Shown in pieces: positions 39,408 to 54,100 of a stretch of DNA of 64,000 nucleotides; position 1 is the first letter of the stretch; each line of letters opens with the position of its first letter. The notes under the pieces were generated by a model. It was not told where the DNA came from. It ran no database searches and saw nothing but the letters and a program-made list of their open reading frames with translations. The stretch is from Azolla caroliniana (lineage: Eukaryota > Plantae > Polypodiophyta). The stretch covers positions 682,001 through 746,000 of the forward strand of contig JBHGNT010000018.1 in assembly GCA_043228905.1 (NCBI GenBank), read 5' to 3'. The position numbers and the translations under genes were made by a program.

Positions 39408-40784
39408 CTGCAATAGCTTTATTATGTATATTTGACATGTGTATGAATAGCTGTGATCATATTTATCATCTGCTAGTTGTCCAAGATCTAATAATTTTGC
39501 TACTGTTGAAGTTTGAATTCCATATGATGTAAATATTACACTTCAGAATATTTCATGTGGGCGATTTTGATGTGTGATCATTACATTTTACTCTACATTT
39601 CGTGCTAAATATATTGCATTCTGATCTTATCAAATGATAACAGATGACTTGCAAAATGTGAGGTGTAGGTGTTTTGGTATGTAGGGATGAATTAGAATGG
39701 AATTCAAATATCTACTGTATTTGTAAGGTAAATGAAATCAGAATAGAATCTAAATATTTATGTGTCTTATGTTGCTCCCATAAATTTGAGAACTATGCTA
39801 GCAGAATATGTTACTATTTATAAAATTTCCTCGTTGAATGAAGGTTTACAATAAACTGGTTGTAATCTTAAATTGTTATTTGTGTTGTACATGTTTCTCA
39901 TTCACACAGGTAATGTTAAATCGTCATTAAGAGTTAAAATCTATGCAATTTTCTCTCCTTGGCTTGAATTAATAATATCTCTGTGCACAGAGACCCAATA
40001 CCTTACTGCATCTGCAATTACAATAATCTATTAGAGTTATTCGCATATGATTCTATTATCTCTTGTTTGTGTAATACTGATTTACAGGCATTGGAATTTT
40101 CAACTTTTAATTGAATATGGGAAATAAGCTAGCAACATAAATCTTTGCTGGGGATATGTATAAAGGATGAAATTCTTTAGTCAGGTATTAATTTTATTTC
40201 TATTTGCATTTTTACTTCATTACGTTTATTTTGATTTGTTCTCAAAGAGGATAATATTTTAAGATGTAATCCCATGTTTGGTCTTTTAGGCTATTTTAAC
40301 CTCTTATAAGATGTCAATTTATCTTTCTTCATTCCTTCCTAGACAATGAAACATATCATTAAACACTACCTGTTCCCCAATTATTGTAAATGGTAATCAA
40401 GGTACACTTGAGAAAGGAGAGTTATTACAAATGAAAGATACGATTATGTATACAAGAGGCTGAAATTGGCCTATAAGAGAAATCACTATTACAAATATGG
40501 GTGAATTTAGGTTATTCATATTGAAACTAGAAAGAAAACTCTTGGTTTCTTAATGACCCATGATAATGATATTGTTGCATGAAATGCATAATGATGATAT
40601 ATGGAATGATGATATACTAACATGACCATGGGATGACCATTGCTATAAAGGAATCCTCTTGCTACAAAGGAATCCTCCTTAATCGTGTAGGTAGACAATT
40701 GCAAAATGATATAGCAAAGGGAAAGTAAAAGTGAAAGAAGAAATAGAAAACAACGCTTCTTTCTAAATGTTTTACTTTGTGGAT

Positions 40785-40969
40785 CTTCTTTTGAAGTTTT
40801 TTTTTTTTTTTTTTTTTTTTCCAAAAAAAGATACTACATTAGTATTAGAAAACCGCCATAAGGCTAAACATACAAGCTATACCGATCCCCTATATTTTTC
40901 TAAAGTCTAACCATTGGCTTGAATAAACACTTTGGTGTTGAGTAGAACCATTGGCTTCTTTTGAAGTTT
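40785..40969 (-). mobile_element. Short poly(A)-tailed retroposed insertion with 15 bp TSD
   Basis: CTTCTTTTGAAGTTT at 40785-40799 and 40955-40969 flanks a poly-T run plus ~135 bp. Confidence 0.8.
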
Positions 40970-41156
40970 GGTTATGTGCTCAAGTAGACAAGCATAGAGT
41001 ACGTGGAATCATCAATTGTGGTTCCATCTTGTGTAGGAATTATCGAAAGCTAGTACAAACGAACTTCTAGAAAATTATGGAGACTTCATACAATCTAGGA
41101 CAAGGCCAAGCTTGTGATATGTAATCATGTGAATGTAGTCACAATTTATGAATCTT

Positions 41157-42935
41157 GGGACGAAACCACCAAAATACCCTAAACTTGTATGATATTTGCT
41201 AGAATAAGCTCCTAAGTTTATAGAAATTGCTTCCAATTAAATAGGGGTATTTCAATCAATTTTGAGAACTTGATAGAGTATTTATGGTAAATATCCAAAA
41301 GGTTTAGTGATATTTGAGTTTTTTTGTTAGCTTGAAAAAGAGGAAAAGGAAAGCATCATGTTTGATTCTTGTGTGCTAAAAAGAAATATACTTTGAGACT
41401 CATTTGGTAGATCCAACATCTCCGCAACAAATCCTTTCCACATCGAAATCAGAGCACCTTTGTAAAGATGGCACAAAGAGCTAGTTATTTGGATCTTCAT
41501 ATAGTTAAAATTAGCTATTCAATTGATGCCTAGGTTATGCAATGAAGATGAGACACTATAGACATGAAGGATGGTCTACTATTCCTTGCTCTTCTTATAC
41601 AAAATGCCTTGCTCTTGTGTCCATACCTAAGGCAAGGAAATTTTGTTATGTCAAGAACAAGAGAGAACACCTAATAAATTCTTTGCCAAATCCACAAAGC
41701 TTGCACACCATAGGTATGTAACATGGAGGTTTTCCAAATGACCAAAACACCTCCTACAAAATACTCTTTCTCATTGCCCACTTTTTTTACTCAAAAGAAA
41801 TTATCCATGTACAAATCATGATAAGACATCATCCACCCCTATCAAACTTGCACATTCTTTGGTATGTGCCAATGTCTAGACTATATGATGCATTTCTTTA
41901 ATTTTCATCTTCTTTGGTGCTAGAATGCACTTCCTCGTTCTCTTCCAATAGATTTACCTTCAAGTATTGTTTGTGTCTATTCTTGAATACCTTAACCCTT
42001 TTCCCTACATTGGATACATAGGGTCATATCTAATACAAACCAAGTGGTATGTAATGTTATCATTAACCATTTACGCTAGATATGTACTAGACACATTGAT
42101 CTATGTTGGTTATCTAGGTTGCTATCATAAACTAATATCCAGTTGGGATGATTCTATGCTTTCTATCAAAATGCTCTTTATTCTTTAGATGCGCACTTTA
42201 TAAAAGCCAAACGCTATGTCTTTTGGTCTTTTTATTGCAATGGATTATTTATTTATCTATTTATATTTACTCATTGAATCCAAACCACCAATTGGTCCAG
42301 CATATCCGTTTGTTCTAGTAGATCCAACAAGTCTTATAAAGATTCTTCCACTTGTATATGATGGGTGTGTTTATGCACTTGTTTCCATGGACCACTCTGA
42401 ACAATCAAGCAGATTGTCTTCACTCCTTCCTTCTTTTCTTCTTCAAGCACATTGCAACTTGGGTGCAAAGCTTAGGTGATGCTTGTTGTGGAATCAATCA
42501 AACCATCCCAATTCGTTTTCTTTATTTTAGTAGTGTTCTTTTGTATTCCTTTTCAACTTTCATCCCATCACCTCTCTTCTCCAAAAGAGTAACCATCTAG
42601 CCCCAACTTCTTGGATATTAACTTGACACCCCTAAGGTTTTCGCAACATAACCCTTCAAATATGATAAAATGGTGAAACATCTAAGCTTTATTGTCAATT
42701 TTTACTATAATACAACTAAGCTTTCAAAACTTACTAGAATACATGTGTTATTGTTATAGTAGTGGTGAATATTTTATTGTGTACATCGTAGTTTTGTTGC
42801 TTGTTTTTACCGTAATATAACTAAGCTTTGATAACTTACCTAAATGCATGGATGTGGTGGTGGTAGTAAGTTTTCACTAAGTAGGGGTATTGTGGTAAAT
42901 TGTAAAAACTTCGGGATATTTCGGCAATGCCATTT
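41157..42935 (-). mobile_element. Degenerate Mutator-like (MULE) DNA transposon remnant
   Basis: Imperfect inverted ends (…CCAAAATACCCTAAAC… / …GGGGTATTGTGGTAAAT…GGGATATTTCGGC). An internal minus-strand WHIPKN segment resembles the C.WH..N MULE motif. Heavily decayed. Confidence 0.4.
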
Positions 42936-45217
42936 AAATCATAACCTAAATGATACAATTGTCTATCCTTGGATTGTTGAAAGTTAATGCAAACCCATAG
43001 CTTTATGTATTCTTAGCATCAAATTGTCAATGTATTATTAGTGTGTATGATCTTCTTGACCTCAAACTTAAAAATACTTTTAACTTGAAGTCACAACCTA
43101 ATAGTCATAACACACAAGCTTTACAGCCATGCGTTTGTAACTTTCGTGCATGAACATCATTTATTATGCATGAACACAATATATACATGTTACGCCTTAA
43201 CATGAAATGTCTTGTTTTTAGTATATTTTAAAGATCTCTTTTTTGCACGAAAATAGAATGCATGTTGACAAGTTTTTGCTTGTGACTCTGCATACGCGGA
43301 TATTGTTAAGCGTTGCATTTAAAGCTTTGGTGGTGTGGGGTAAGCCCCCATAGAAAAAGGTTTGATGGATTGTGTCAAAAGTGAACAAAGTATGAGTGCT
43401 TTGAACCTTTTCATCGGCATATTTTCAACATCCATCAATTCACAAACAATGCCTAAAAACAATGACGGATGTTGCATCAACATAGCTTGACTAACTAATC
43501 GAGATTTAACTTGAATCGAGATATTCAACCATTGGGGCCTTTTAGGGTTTCCACGAGTAGTTCATTATGCATGAAAGCAAAACATCTAAGAAGGATGCCA
43601 TCTTCTTAAATATCCTTGATGATTAGGGTTACTTGGCTTTGAAAAGTATTTGCACTTTGGAATATGTAACATGTCTTCATTTATTTCCTTGCATTAGAAA
43701 GTACGTGATTCATGAAATTTGGTTCTTTATTGCCACTTTATGACCACAACTCTAAGACATTTCGAAGAATGTGTGCTTTAGAATGATTTAGGTCCCTATG
43801 GAACTCTAAGACGTGTTCAAATTCCAAACAAGAGGGAATTTCTAATACAAAATATGGCAAGCAATACAATGATTCTAATGTTCCACGAATGCAACTCTTA
43901 AATTTTACATTTCTTAAGCAAAGACTTCTTAAGAACCAAGCATAAATGCCTATCCATGATTGGAGACAAGGATGTGGATGGATGTAACTTTGACATCTAA
44001 GGTTACCAAATTCTTATTATTTGTACATGTATTGGTGATGGTGAGCATTAGGCAACCTGTGCCATGAAGAGACATATGGTCCTTTATTTGTGGCCAAGTG
44101 GAAGACTTGATAAACATTCCCAATAGCCTTGCGAGATTATTCAAAGGCACAATTAATTGCAATCATGAACTGACAACTTGCCAAATTCCAATGTGGAATT
44201 AGTTGGAAATATGAATAATTATACAATTTGTCAAATCAATTGCCAAATTCCATGGCACAGTTAGTTGCAATCATGAATTGATGAAAACAATGATATGACA
44301 TTTAATATTCATAGCATTGATAAATGGAGACTTTCATATGGCCCAATACAATCAATTTGCAAATACACATGGCTAAACAAGCTCTATGATTTTGGATGCA
44401 AGGACAATTGTTTGAAGTAGCGTACAAGAAAGGCAATAATGGTAGTGGTTGAATGAAATATCATATCAGGAGCTTGATCTGATGTATTATCATCTTGGTA
44501 TCAAACATCCTAAAATTTATGTTTGACAATTAGCCTCTCAATATCGTTATTGTTGCCATCACTGACCTCTACGCCCTTCATTGAGCATCTCAGGTGGATG
44601 GTTTGTAAGGCCTTTACACTATTAGGTATGCATCATAAACAATTATTGCATTGTTTAGCCACATTTGGTTTTTTCGTATCCTTGGAAGGCTTTTCTTGAA
44701 TATAATTGATTTTCTTTACAAGTAGTATTTTGCTATCACAAGGTCTAGCAATACATTACAACAAACATGGTGGGTCATCTTCTCTTAAGCCTCGCCCAAC
44801 TGGAAACTCATCACCAAAGAGTATACCATCGTTCAAACTCAAGGAAATGACAAATATATATAGGCATTGAAACAAGCACTCTTCAACAAAGTGAAGCGAG
44901 AAGGGCATTTGTTTCCTTTTTGAGCTGAAGGATCAGAAAAATGTTTACACCAATGAAGAGTATTGTACACTCATCCCTGAGTAGAGCTTGGCAAGACAAT
45001 AAGGTAAAAGAGTAGAGAGGCATGCACAACTATATAGCTCTCTCTAATGCCTTCTTGATGTTCTTTCCTCAAGATCGACTCAAGGAAAGGTTTGATTGGC
45101 TTCCTCGCAGTGTTAGCAATCATGTTAGATTTACGAAGATCCTAACTTTTATATTGGAAACACATACATACATTTGGTTAGAAGCGATGAAAAACTAAAC
45201 CGGATTCATGTTTTCGT

Positions 45218-48200
45218 TCATAGTCGTGAATCATCTTGTATAGAATCAGAATTCTCCATCAAATGACCTAAAACACGAGCTTTCTCGTGTTCGCACTGGA
45301 CTAAGTGAGTTCGAATGCTGGATTCTTCTGCCTGTACAATGACACATGTTTTGATCATTAGATCAAGAACACATTCAGCATTCAATCTTAAGCACTCACC
45401 ATTGAAAATTCGAAAAAAGCAAACTTTTAAGGATTCTATAATCAATAGATTCAATTTTAAAGATCCAATATGCACGATGCAAGCAGTATCAAGATTCAAG
45501 CATCAAAGATTCAAGATGTAAGTTGCAAGACTCAAGATTCGCAAGATTCAAGCTTTAATCTTGGAAGATGGAAGATTCAATAATTCACCTGTATTGCTGA
45601 CAGTAATAAAAAAATTGAAGTTTGCTTTGATGATTGAACATTCCATATTCAAAATATTTAAGATTCAAAATTCAAAGATGCAAGCTTTAAAAATTCAAGA
45701 TGCAAGATTCGATCATTCACCTGTAATGCCGACACTGTTCCAAGCAAACTAGCACATTCTTTCAACAGAACTCTCTCCCGAGCAGCGATGAAGCCTAGCT
45801 CTGAAAGTAAAGAGTTGGTCTTGTTCACCTGAATGAACAGAAAAGAAAAGGCAAGTGAGAAGAGTTTAAAAGAATAGAGCATCTAATTGTGAACTTAACT
45901 AGGATGCAGGGAGATTTTGAAGTACCTTAGACAGTAGACCAGAGACTGAATTCTCAAGAGAATTCATCACATCAAATGCAGAACTCATGGCACTCTTAAG
46001 AGCAAGAGCATCTGCCTGTAAAAATATTTTCAACATATTAGGGTTCAGTTTTAGGGTTTAAGGGTCATGGCTTAGATTTTGTTCGTATTAGGGTTTTAAG
46101 AATTAAGGGTGAACAAACTTAGGGTTTCGATTTCACAATATGTAAGAGTAACTTGTGAAAGTTCCAATGTAGCTCTTTTTTATGGATAAAGAAGGGATCA
46201 CCTTCGCTCCACCAGTCACAGGTACTCGCAAAACAGCCGCATCTAATGCTTTCACAACACCATTAACAGCAATTGAATGCTCATTCTCTCGGCCAGACCA
46301 ATCCTCAAGCATTGGGACCTGTAGAAAAACCACACCGTCACAAATTCAAATCATCACTAATGTACAATTAGTGTATGTATGGGAAAATAAAACCCAGAAT
46401 AGGGCAAGTGAGCTGGTCGCTAAAAAGACAAAAAACTTTGCACTACCATCGAAACAAGAAAGGAAAAGATGGCAAGCTATCTCATGCTAATGCAAGCAAA
46501 TGTAAAAACAGTCATCTGTACACACAACAAAGCGAGTAATGACTCATCAAAGTGAGTAATGATGAAAATGTGTAGAGTTTTCTGTGCAAGAGAGAGAGGA
46601 GTAGCTTAGACTAGATACTTTCACATAAATAACCAAATCCTCAATGACATGGTTTGAGGTTCATATTAAGTCAATGCAATGGTTTCTATCGTTTTCTAAA
46701 GAGTAAAAGATGGAAGGATCGAAATTTCAGATGTTGGATAATGCATCCAGAAAAATCTGCACTTAAAATTTGATGAAGAAAGATGTACTTTAATGATTAC
46801 AAGAGTTCTTTTTGGTTTTTTCTGCTTTGGCCAATTAGAAGAAGAGTTTTTAAGATTTATACTCGAATTTAAAAAAACAGAAATAATTACGATTCTACCA
46901 ATCTAATGGAATGCTACAAGTACGTCAAATATCATTCCCTGCCCAGTTGCCAGGTAACACAAACTACAGGAAAACGGATATATTAAGTGAAAATATACTA
47001 TCCATGAATATAATGAGTGGTGCTTCAAGATGATGCAAACTGCAGTCCTAAGAAGCCTTCTGAAAAATATTCTTGTTAAGGCAGCTGATGAATGTAACAA
47101 CATTTCTCATCACATTATCAATTATATCTGCATAACAGGGCACAGGGATCTATTACAAATCAATTAACTTAAAAACTGACATTATAAATGTCATCAATTG
47201 TTGTTAATAGCTCACTCATAACCTGATTTCATAAGTGTATTCACATGAAAGAGATAGAGAGAAAAAAGAATCATAACATTAAAACCCCCTTGGAATTTCA
47301 GAAGGGAGATGCATAATCGTTGCAATTTTACTATTTTGCATGGACAAGTCATTACTTGAACTGAAAGAAGAGCATTGAGTTTCTGAGCTTGTCTTGCTTG
47401 CTGCAGCTTTGTCTTCTTTTTGGCTACTGAAGACCTGAGGTCAGAGATCCTCACACACACATTGTACAAAGATTTCTGTTATAAGAGAAAAAAGGAATCA
47501 ATATAGATTTTTGCTTATAATAAATGATAAGTATAAACAAGCATTTGTTATTGATATGTCACGGTTGGATTATTTACAATAATATGTTCAAAATATGTCA
47601 TGGAACTTGGGTTTTTTTTCTTACCTCGGCAATGACGCTTTGTGCTTTCATTGCCCCTTCAGCTCTGGCATTTACAAATCTCCATTGAAGCAATCTGTTA
47701 TGAAGAATCCGGAGCAAGTGAATTTCTTCCACTTGGCTCAAAAACCTTTTCCCCTTTCTTATATCAACCCCAAAGTTGAGCATCAAAGCAGCAGTACTTG
47801 TCCGCTGACTTTGTACCATCGGCAAGACACCCCTTGACCTTAATGGACTAGTTATAGTCCTGTAAGGCGAGCATTTCAATGGAGAGTGAGGTTGTTGAGA
47901 TGGCATTAAACCTGACATGGATCGATTCGCCATTACTGACCATGGAGAAGATGATAAGGAGCCATTTGAATGTGAGCTTACCGATCCTTGTGGGCTTTCT
48001 GAGGTCTTACATCTCAGAAGTGTTCTACTGCCTAAAGTTAAAGGTGATTCCCCTTCAGGCATCGATGTTCGTACCTTGTGGTCAGGTAGTAACCGACGGG
48101 AACGAGCTGTTGCATCCTTGAGAAAGCGGGCTGGAACAGCGGTTGCTCTAACTCTAGTTACCGAAACATTTCCTGGTGTGCCCCAACCTGAAGATGATGT

Positions 48201-49643
48201 AGTTGTGGTAGTACCCCCAGAAGACACACTTTCGGTATCAGAAGCATTATCAATGGGTGGATTTATTGGATTTAGTTCCGAGCTCGCTAAATCTACAGCT
48301 TGTCCAGCATGTCTTGGTGCATTGAGCACCATAAAATCGCTTGAATTTGTGCTCATGCTTGGTGAGCTATCCTTGTTCAACCCTTTACTCATCCGTAGAG
48401 GTGAATCTGGTCTTCTAGCCCTACTTTCTGATCTTGTCTTCAGATGAGCACTTGAATAGAGTTGCCCCTCACTGAGTGAAGATTGTCGAGCTCGACAAGT
48501 ACTCATAGATCGTGGAGCACTAGAATAACCACCACCACCACTCATGGGTTTTGCTTGAGAAGTTGCTCTACCAAGAGGTTTTTCTCTATCCATAGAAAGA
48601 TCCACACTTCTACTCATGGCTGCCCCTGACAATTTCAAAGCAGCATTTGTTGGCCGTACGCGAGGCTCGACCTTGTGAACATTCTCTTGAGGTTTAGCAT
48701 TCTCAGCTTGATCAGCATTTCTCGACCTCCGAGGAGTGGTTTTACGCTCAGGGGTCGTTTTTCTCTCAAGGGGGATTTTTCGCTCGGGAGTGGGTTTTCG
48801 AGTGTCCGATGTTCTTGCTACCACATTAGCAGAAGGTCTTAAGGTTTGATCAGAGAGTGATTTTGATTGGCTATTGCTTAGCCTCTTGGCTTGACCATTG
48901 GGTGGCAGAGACCGAGGTTCAAAAATCATCGAAGAAGAAAGAGATCGAGTAGAGGGCCAGAGCATGTCAGAGGATGAAGGATTAGCCCGACGAGGAGGAG
49001 CTGTAGGTGGCACTTGAGCTAATGAGCTCTTAGGCCCTTTGCTGTCACAAACATTAAGTGAAGTTTGCATTAAGCTTTTAGAACTCTTCCTCTCACAAAC
49101 ATTAAGTGAAACTTGAATCAAGCTTTTAACGCCCTTGCTCTCACAGACATCAGATGAAACTGGCATTGAGGCGCTCCTACAAGAACCCTTACTTTCACTT
49201 TCATACAGTGAATCTTGCATTGATGAGCTCTTGTAAAAACGCCTACTCTCACAAACATTAGTTGAAACTTGCACTGAGATACTCTTATGAGAACCTGTAC
49301 TTTCACAAACATTAGGTATGGATGAGATCTTATAAGAAGAGATGCCATTGTTTTCACTGACACTGGGTGAATCTTCCACTGAAGAGCTCTTATAGCAAAT
49401 CCTGTTCTCACAGGTGTTTCTTGTAGGGGATGACTTTCTCCGGTCAGCTGAAATAGCTCTTTTTGATACTTCAGGAAGTACTATATGTCCACCCCGATCC
49501 ACATGAGGAGTTGGGTATCTTCTGTTAACAACCACATTAGGGGATATAGAGCTACCATTGATGGAGGTCGATTTATACCTAGATGTTACTTCTCTGTTCC
49601 TTGGCCTTCGGACCGAAGAAGATAAAGTAGCTGTCTCTTCCAT
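45218..49643 (-). CDS. QWRF-motif / augmin subunit 8 family protein (~855 aa, 6 coding exons)
   Basis: N-terminal RRPRNREVTSRYKS, S/R-rich middle, HLLRILHNRLLQWRFVNARA, LRVPVTGGAK, EESSIRTHLVQ. Exons 49643-47625, 47475-47356, 46318-46202, 46015-45926, 45828-45721, 45331-45218. Confidence 0.92.
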
Positions 49644-50621
49644 GTGTTTTTAGATTTGATCTATTTGTTGAAATAGCTATACATGAATTGGCTTGTTCGG
49701 AGTAGATGACCATTTTGGTTGAGAACTCACCATTGTGTGAAGGTGCTCATGGCAAAAGACATTATTTGATTTCTGTGGAGATTCTTCTTCTTTACGAGTG
49801 GCCAAAACCCTAAAACAAAAGCACAGAGAAAAAAAGAGAAGGCAAGGATTAGATGTATTAAAGGTGAAGCGGAAACTTACATAAGATCTTTTTCTATGAG
49901 AAGGAAAGAGAGTGAGACAGGGAAGATCAGGTTTTGGATGAAGAGAAGAGAAGAGAAGAGAAGAAGAAAAGAAAGAGGCGGAAATGGCAGTGTGCAGAAC
50001 AAAAATGAAGCCCAAGAAAGCTTAACGGGCAAAAAACTATGGTGTGCCCACCATTAGAAAACAGGAGAAGAGGGAGCCCAAATGTATAATTTTGAGAGAA
50101 GAAGATGAAGAAATGCAGTCGGTGGAGAGAGAGAGAGAGAGAGAGAGAGATACCATGAACATGAGGAAGAAGAAGAGTTAAACGCCCACAGAGAGAGAGA
50201 GAGAGAGAGACTGACGCTGTGTTTTCTTCCTCTTTTCTTCTTCTGATGATTGATGAAGAAGAGCTCAAATGGTGTGCTCTCTGTTTTTTTTTGGGTTTGT
50301 TAATCTCTCTGTTCAATCTTTTTTCCTTCCCTTGTCTTCTGCATTCATTCATTCACTGATTCATTCACTGATTCATTCACTGATTCATTCATTCATTCAT
50401 TCATATCTGTTTTCTCTTGCCTCCTTCTCTTTTGCTTTTCTCTTCTTACTTAGCCCCTCCCCCTCCTCCCTCACAGTCTACAGACAGAAAAACAGAAAAA
50501 GAAAGAAGATCATAATACAATCCAAAGGAAATACATATGTATGCATTATGCATATACATACATTTTTTGCATACATACTTCACTCTGTTTTTTTCTTTTT
50601 TCTTTTTACTTACTCTGTCTT

Positions 50622-50652
<31 letters not shown>

Positions 50653-50805
50653 GAGAGATCAGGAAATATATACATATGTATGTATATCAGTATGTATATG
50701 AATGAAACAAAAAACAAAAGAAAAGTGTCTTCCTTCTCCTCATGAAGATAACACCAATAAATAAATAAACTCACACACGGTCACACGGTCTTACCATCAA
50801 TCTTC

Positions 50806-51111
<306 letters not shown>

Positions 51112-54100
51112 ATGTAAGAAGAGAACTTTTAGAGAAACAGAGTGTTTTTTTCTCCTCCTCCTACTCCATTTTTTGTTCCTTTTTAAGGTCATTTTGTGGG
51201 TACAAAAAACCTTCTCCTTTTCCTCCCTTTTAAGCCCCCATTCACACCCCCCCCCCCCCCCCCCCGCCTCCGCTCTTTCCGACGAAGGCCACTTTTTCGA
51301 TGCCTTTTTCTCGTCTCTCTTTCCGACTCTCAGACCTCTTCCCGATGCTTTCTTTCAAGGCATCTCTTGATAGCCCTATTCGTATATGACCTCTGATCCT
51401 GGGCTCTTTCTCTCGTCTCGGCTTTTATAGATCCTCTCTCTTTTATCACATGTACATCATCCATATGAGAGAGTACCTTCTGTCACCACACTCACTACAT
51501 GTACCTGAACATTCTTGTGAACAATGTTCGAGCCCTTGATGTGAATCTTTTTTCTTGTGCCTTTGTTAGTCTTGAAAGAAATAACTCCTTTATTCCATTT
51601 GCAAATCCCTTTTCATATATGGCCCATCTTTTCCATTGATCATGCGTGAATATGTTTACGACACTGTAAGATGTCTCCGAATTCTATTGTGAAAATCCAT
51701 TTTTTTTGCAGTGTTTATGATAGCGAGAGGTGTCTTTGAAGTGTTGTAAGCGTATCTTTGTTAGATTCAAAGGGGTGCATGCTTTTTATAGTGTACGCTT
51801 AATTCTCTGTCTTGGGTGAGCTTTCAAATCAACATGCATTGACGTGTTCGCAATAGCATGAGTGCCTTTGAATTTGTTATGGCGTTCTGTTGGTCTCAAA
51901 AGAATAGACCAGGTATGGCAACGACAAATGCTTACTTCCCTCTTCACCTAGGAGCATTTTCACAATGACAGGATGGACATATTTTCAAAATTTCTAAGGT
52001 TGCATTTGAAATGTGGTGAACATCCATCTAGTGTTATGTGGTTTTTGTATATTTTGCGGCGTACACCAATCTATTCTTCTTGGGTCAAGTTCACAATGGG
52101 TGTTATAACATATGCGTGCAAAGAATGTGAGGTTTTTGCATGATCATACAAAATGTTGTTCACATGTCGTAAAATGGTATGAATTGTGATCTTTCTAATT
52201 CTAATGTTTATTGACGTTCCTTGTGGTTCTTGTATACTTCTTATAGGATTGACCACTTGATCATGCCCATCATAGAAAATATATATGGATTATTGCTTGC
52301 ATATCACAGTGGAATGCATGGCCTTCTCTTTGTGAATGGATCGAGGAATTATGAGTTAAATGTATGTGATAGCAAGGGAAAGAAAGTGGAAAACATCACA
52401 CCAAAAGCATCCATAGCTTCCACCTTAATAAAAAACTCATACCATTTTTAATAAAAAAAATGATACTCATTTTCAATGGCAATAAAAGGACAACGATTTT
52501 GAATCTCGAAGTATAGGCTTTACAATCACTGTTCAACCTAAGCTCCCTATGAAATTAGATTATCTCTCTAATTAGTCAAAGAATGCTATAAACTTTCTCC
52601 TCATAGATTTTGATCTTCTACGGGGGGGATTCCATATGCACAACTCTAACTTTTCATATGTTATGCATTTGCCTTACTAATATATTGGGTGAAAGTTTGT
52701 GTGGTTGACGTCATTGGTAGAGTATCTTTTATGTGTCATTGTATTCTATAATTGTAGTACTTCTACAGACAATACGTCCTTTAACAACTTATGTAGACTT
52801 CAACGGACGGGCTCAACCCAACAACATGATTTAACTACCAAAATTAAACAACATATTAATTGTTTTTTGTCACTTGTCACTCGCTCTTATCACATCAATA
52901 AACATCTCAAAGCATCGTTATACGTCTTCTATGCACAGTCCTTATTTCAAAGTTGGCGTAATATGAAAATCAATAATTTATCACTAAGTGATGCAACGTT
53001 CAATCAAATAAGTCCCTTGATCATCAATATGTGGTGGTAGTTAATGATGTTTTACACAATCATGCAATTAGAATCGTAATGCTTTTAAGAATACCATGGC
53101 CTTATTGTGCACTTTATGGATGGTTTGAACCTCCTTGTTGGTGATATAACCTTTGGATGATGGTGTGAATCGTCATGGTTGGTTTCTTTACTCATATTTG
53201 CTTGATAGTGAAAGAATGCCTTTTTCTAGGACCAAAGTCCACGTGTTCCATGCACCTACCTAAGGTTTTTGTTCACTGTGAGTTTGCTACTTTGATGTAA
53301 TCGTTTGTATCTTTTGCTAATATTTCCCGTGGCTATACTTTGTTATTGATAGAATATTGTTGTCCAAAGAACTTTGATAGCCCTAGCAACCCAACCAGGA
53401 AGGTACATGGTATTTTTCTGAAATTTTGCAGGTGACAAGATGATCAAAACAAATTGGTGGTCCTAGAATATATGTAGATTACAATATCTTTTTGTTGTTC
53501 GTGATCAATATCGGTTTTAGAGGAGTTCAATGATAAATAGAGAGGAGTGTGCCATATAGGGTAATGTGGTAGATTAAACTGTTGAGTGATTATGGTTACA
53601 TTACGGGTGTACATATCAGATTGTAAAGTCACTTTACCTAACTAATGGGAAGCACCCTTTCTTTGGGGAAAAAAAGAACTTTGATATATCTATTGTGGTT
53701 ATATGGAGGTGATATTAGATATTTGAGAAGCATAGTACATCATATAATTATGATCAAAATATTGAATGCAATTAAAATCCAACTTGAATTTTCAAAGATG
53801 TGCAAATTCAAGTCTTTGGATGTTTACTTAGTGTTCAATGAATGTCTACCATCATAGAGTCGATGCTTTACTTTATGAGCCGAAATTTGCAACTGCGACA
53901 CACCAAATTTGCTCCACTCACCATTTGTGGCTTTGTGAATTTTGTGTGTATTGTAGTGATTGTTCGGAGCTTATTTTAAAGGATCGAAGTACAGGAAATT
54001 AAGTTTAAGGTAAAGTAATGTATGCAATGAAAAATTGACTTGAAATTTCCATACTTTACAAATTCATGTATTCGACACATAAACTTTAATAACAACTCTT

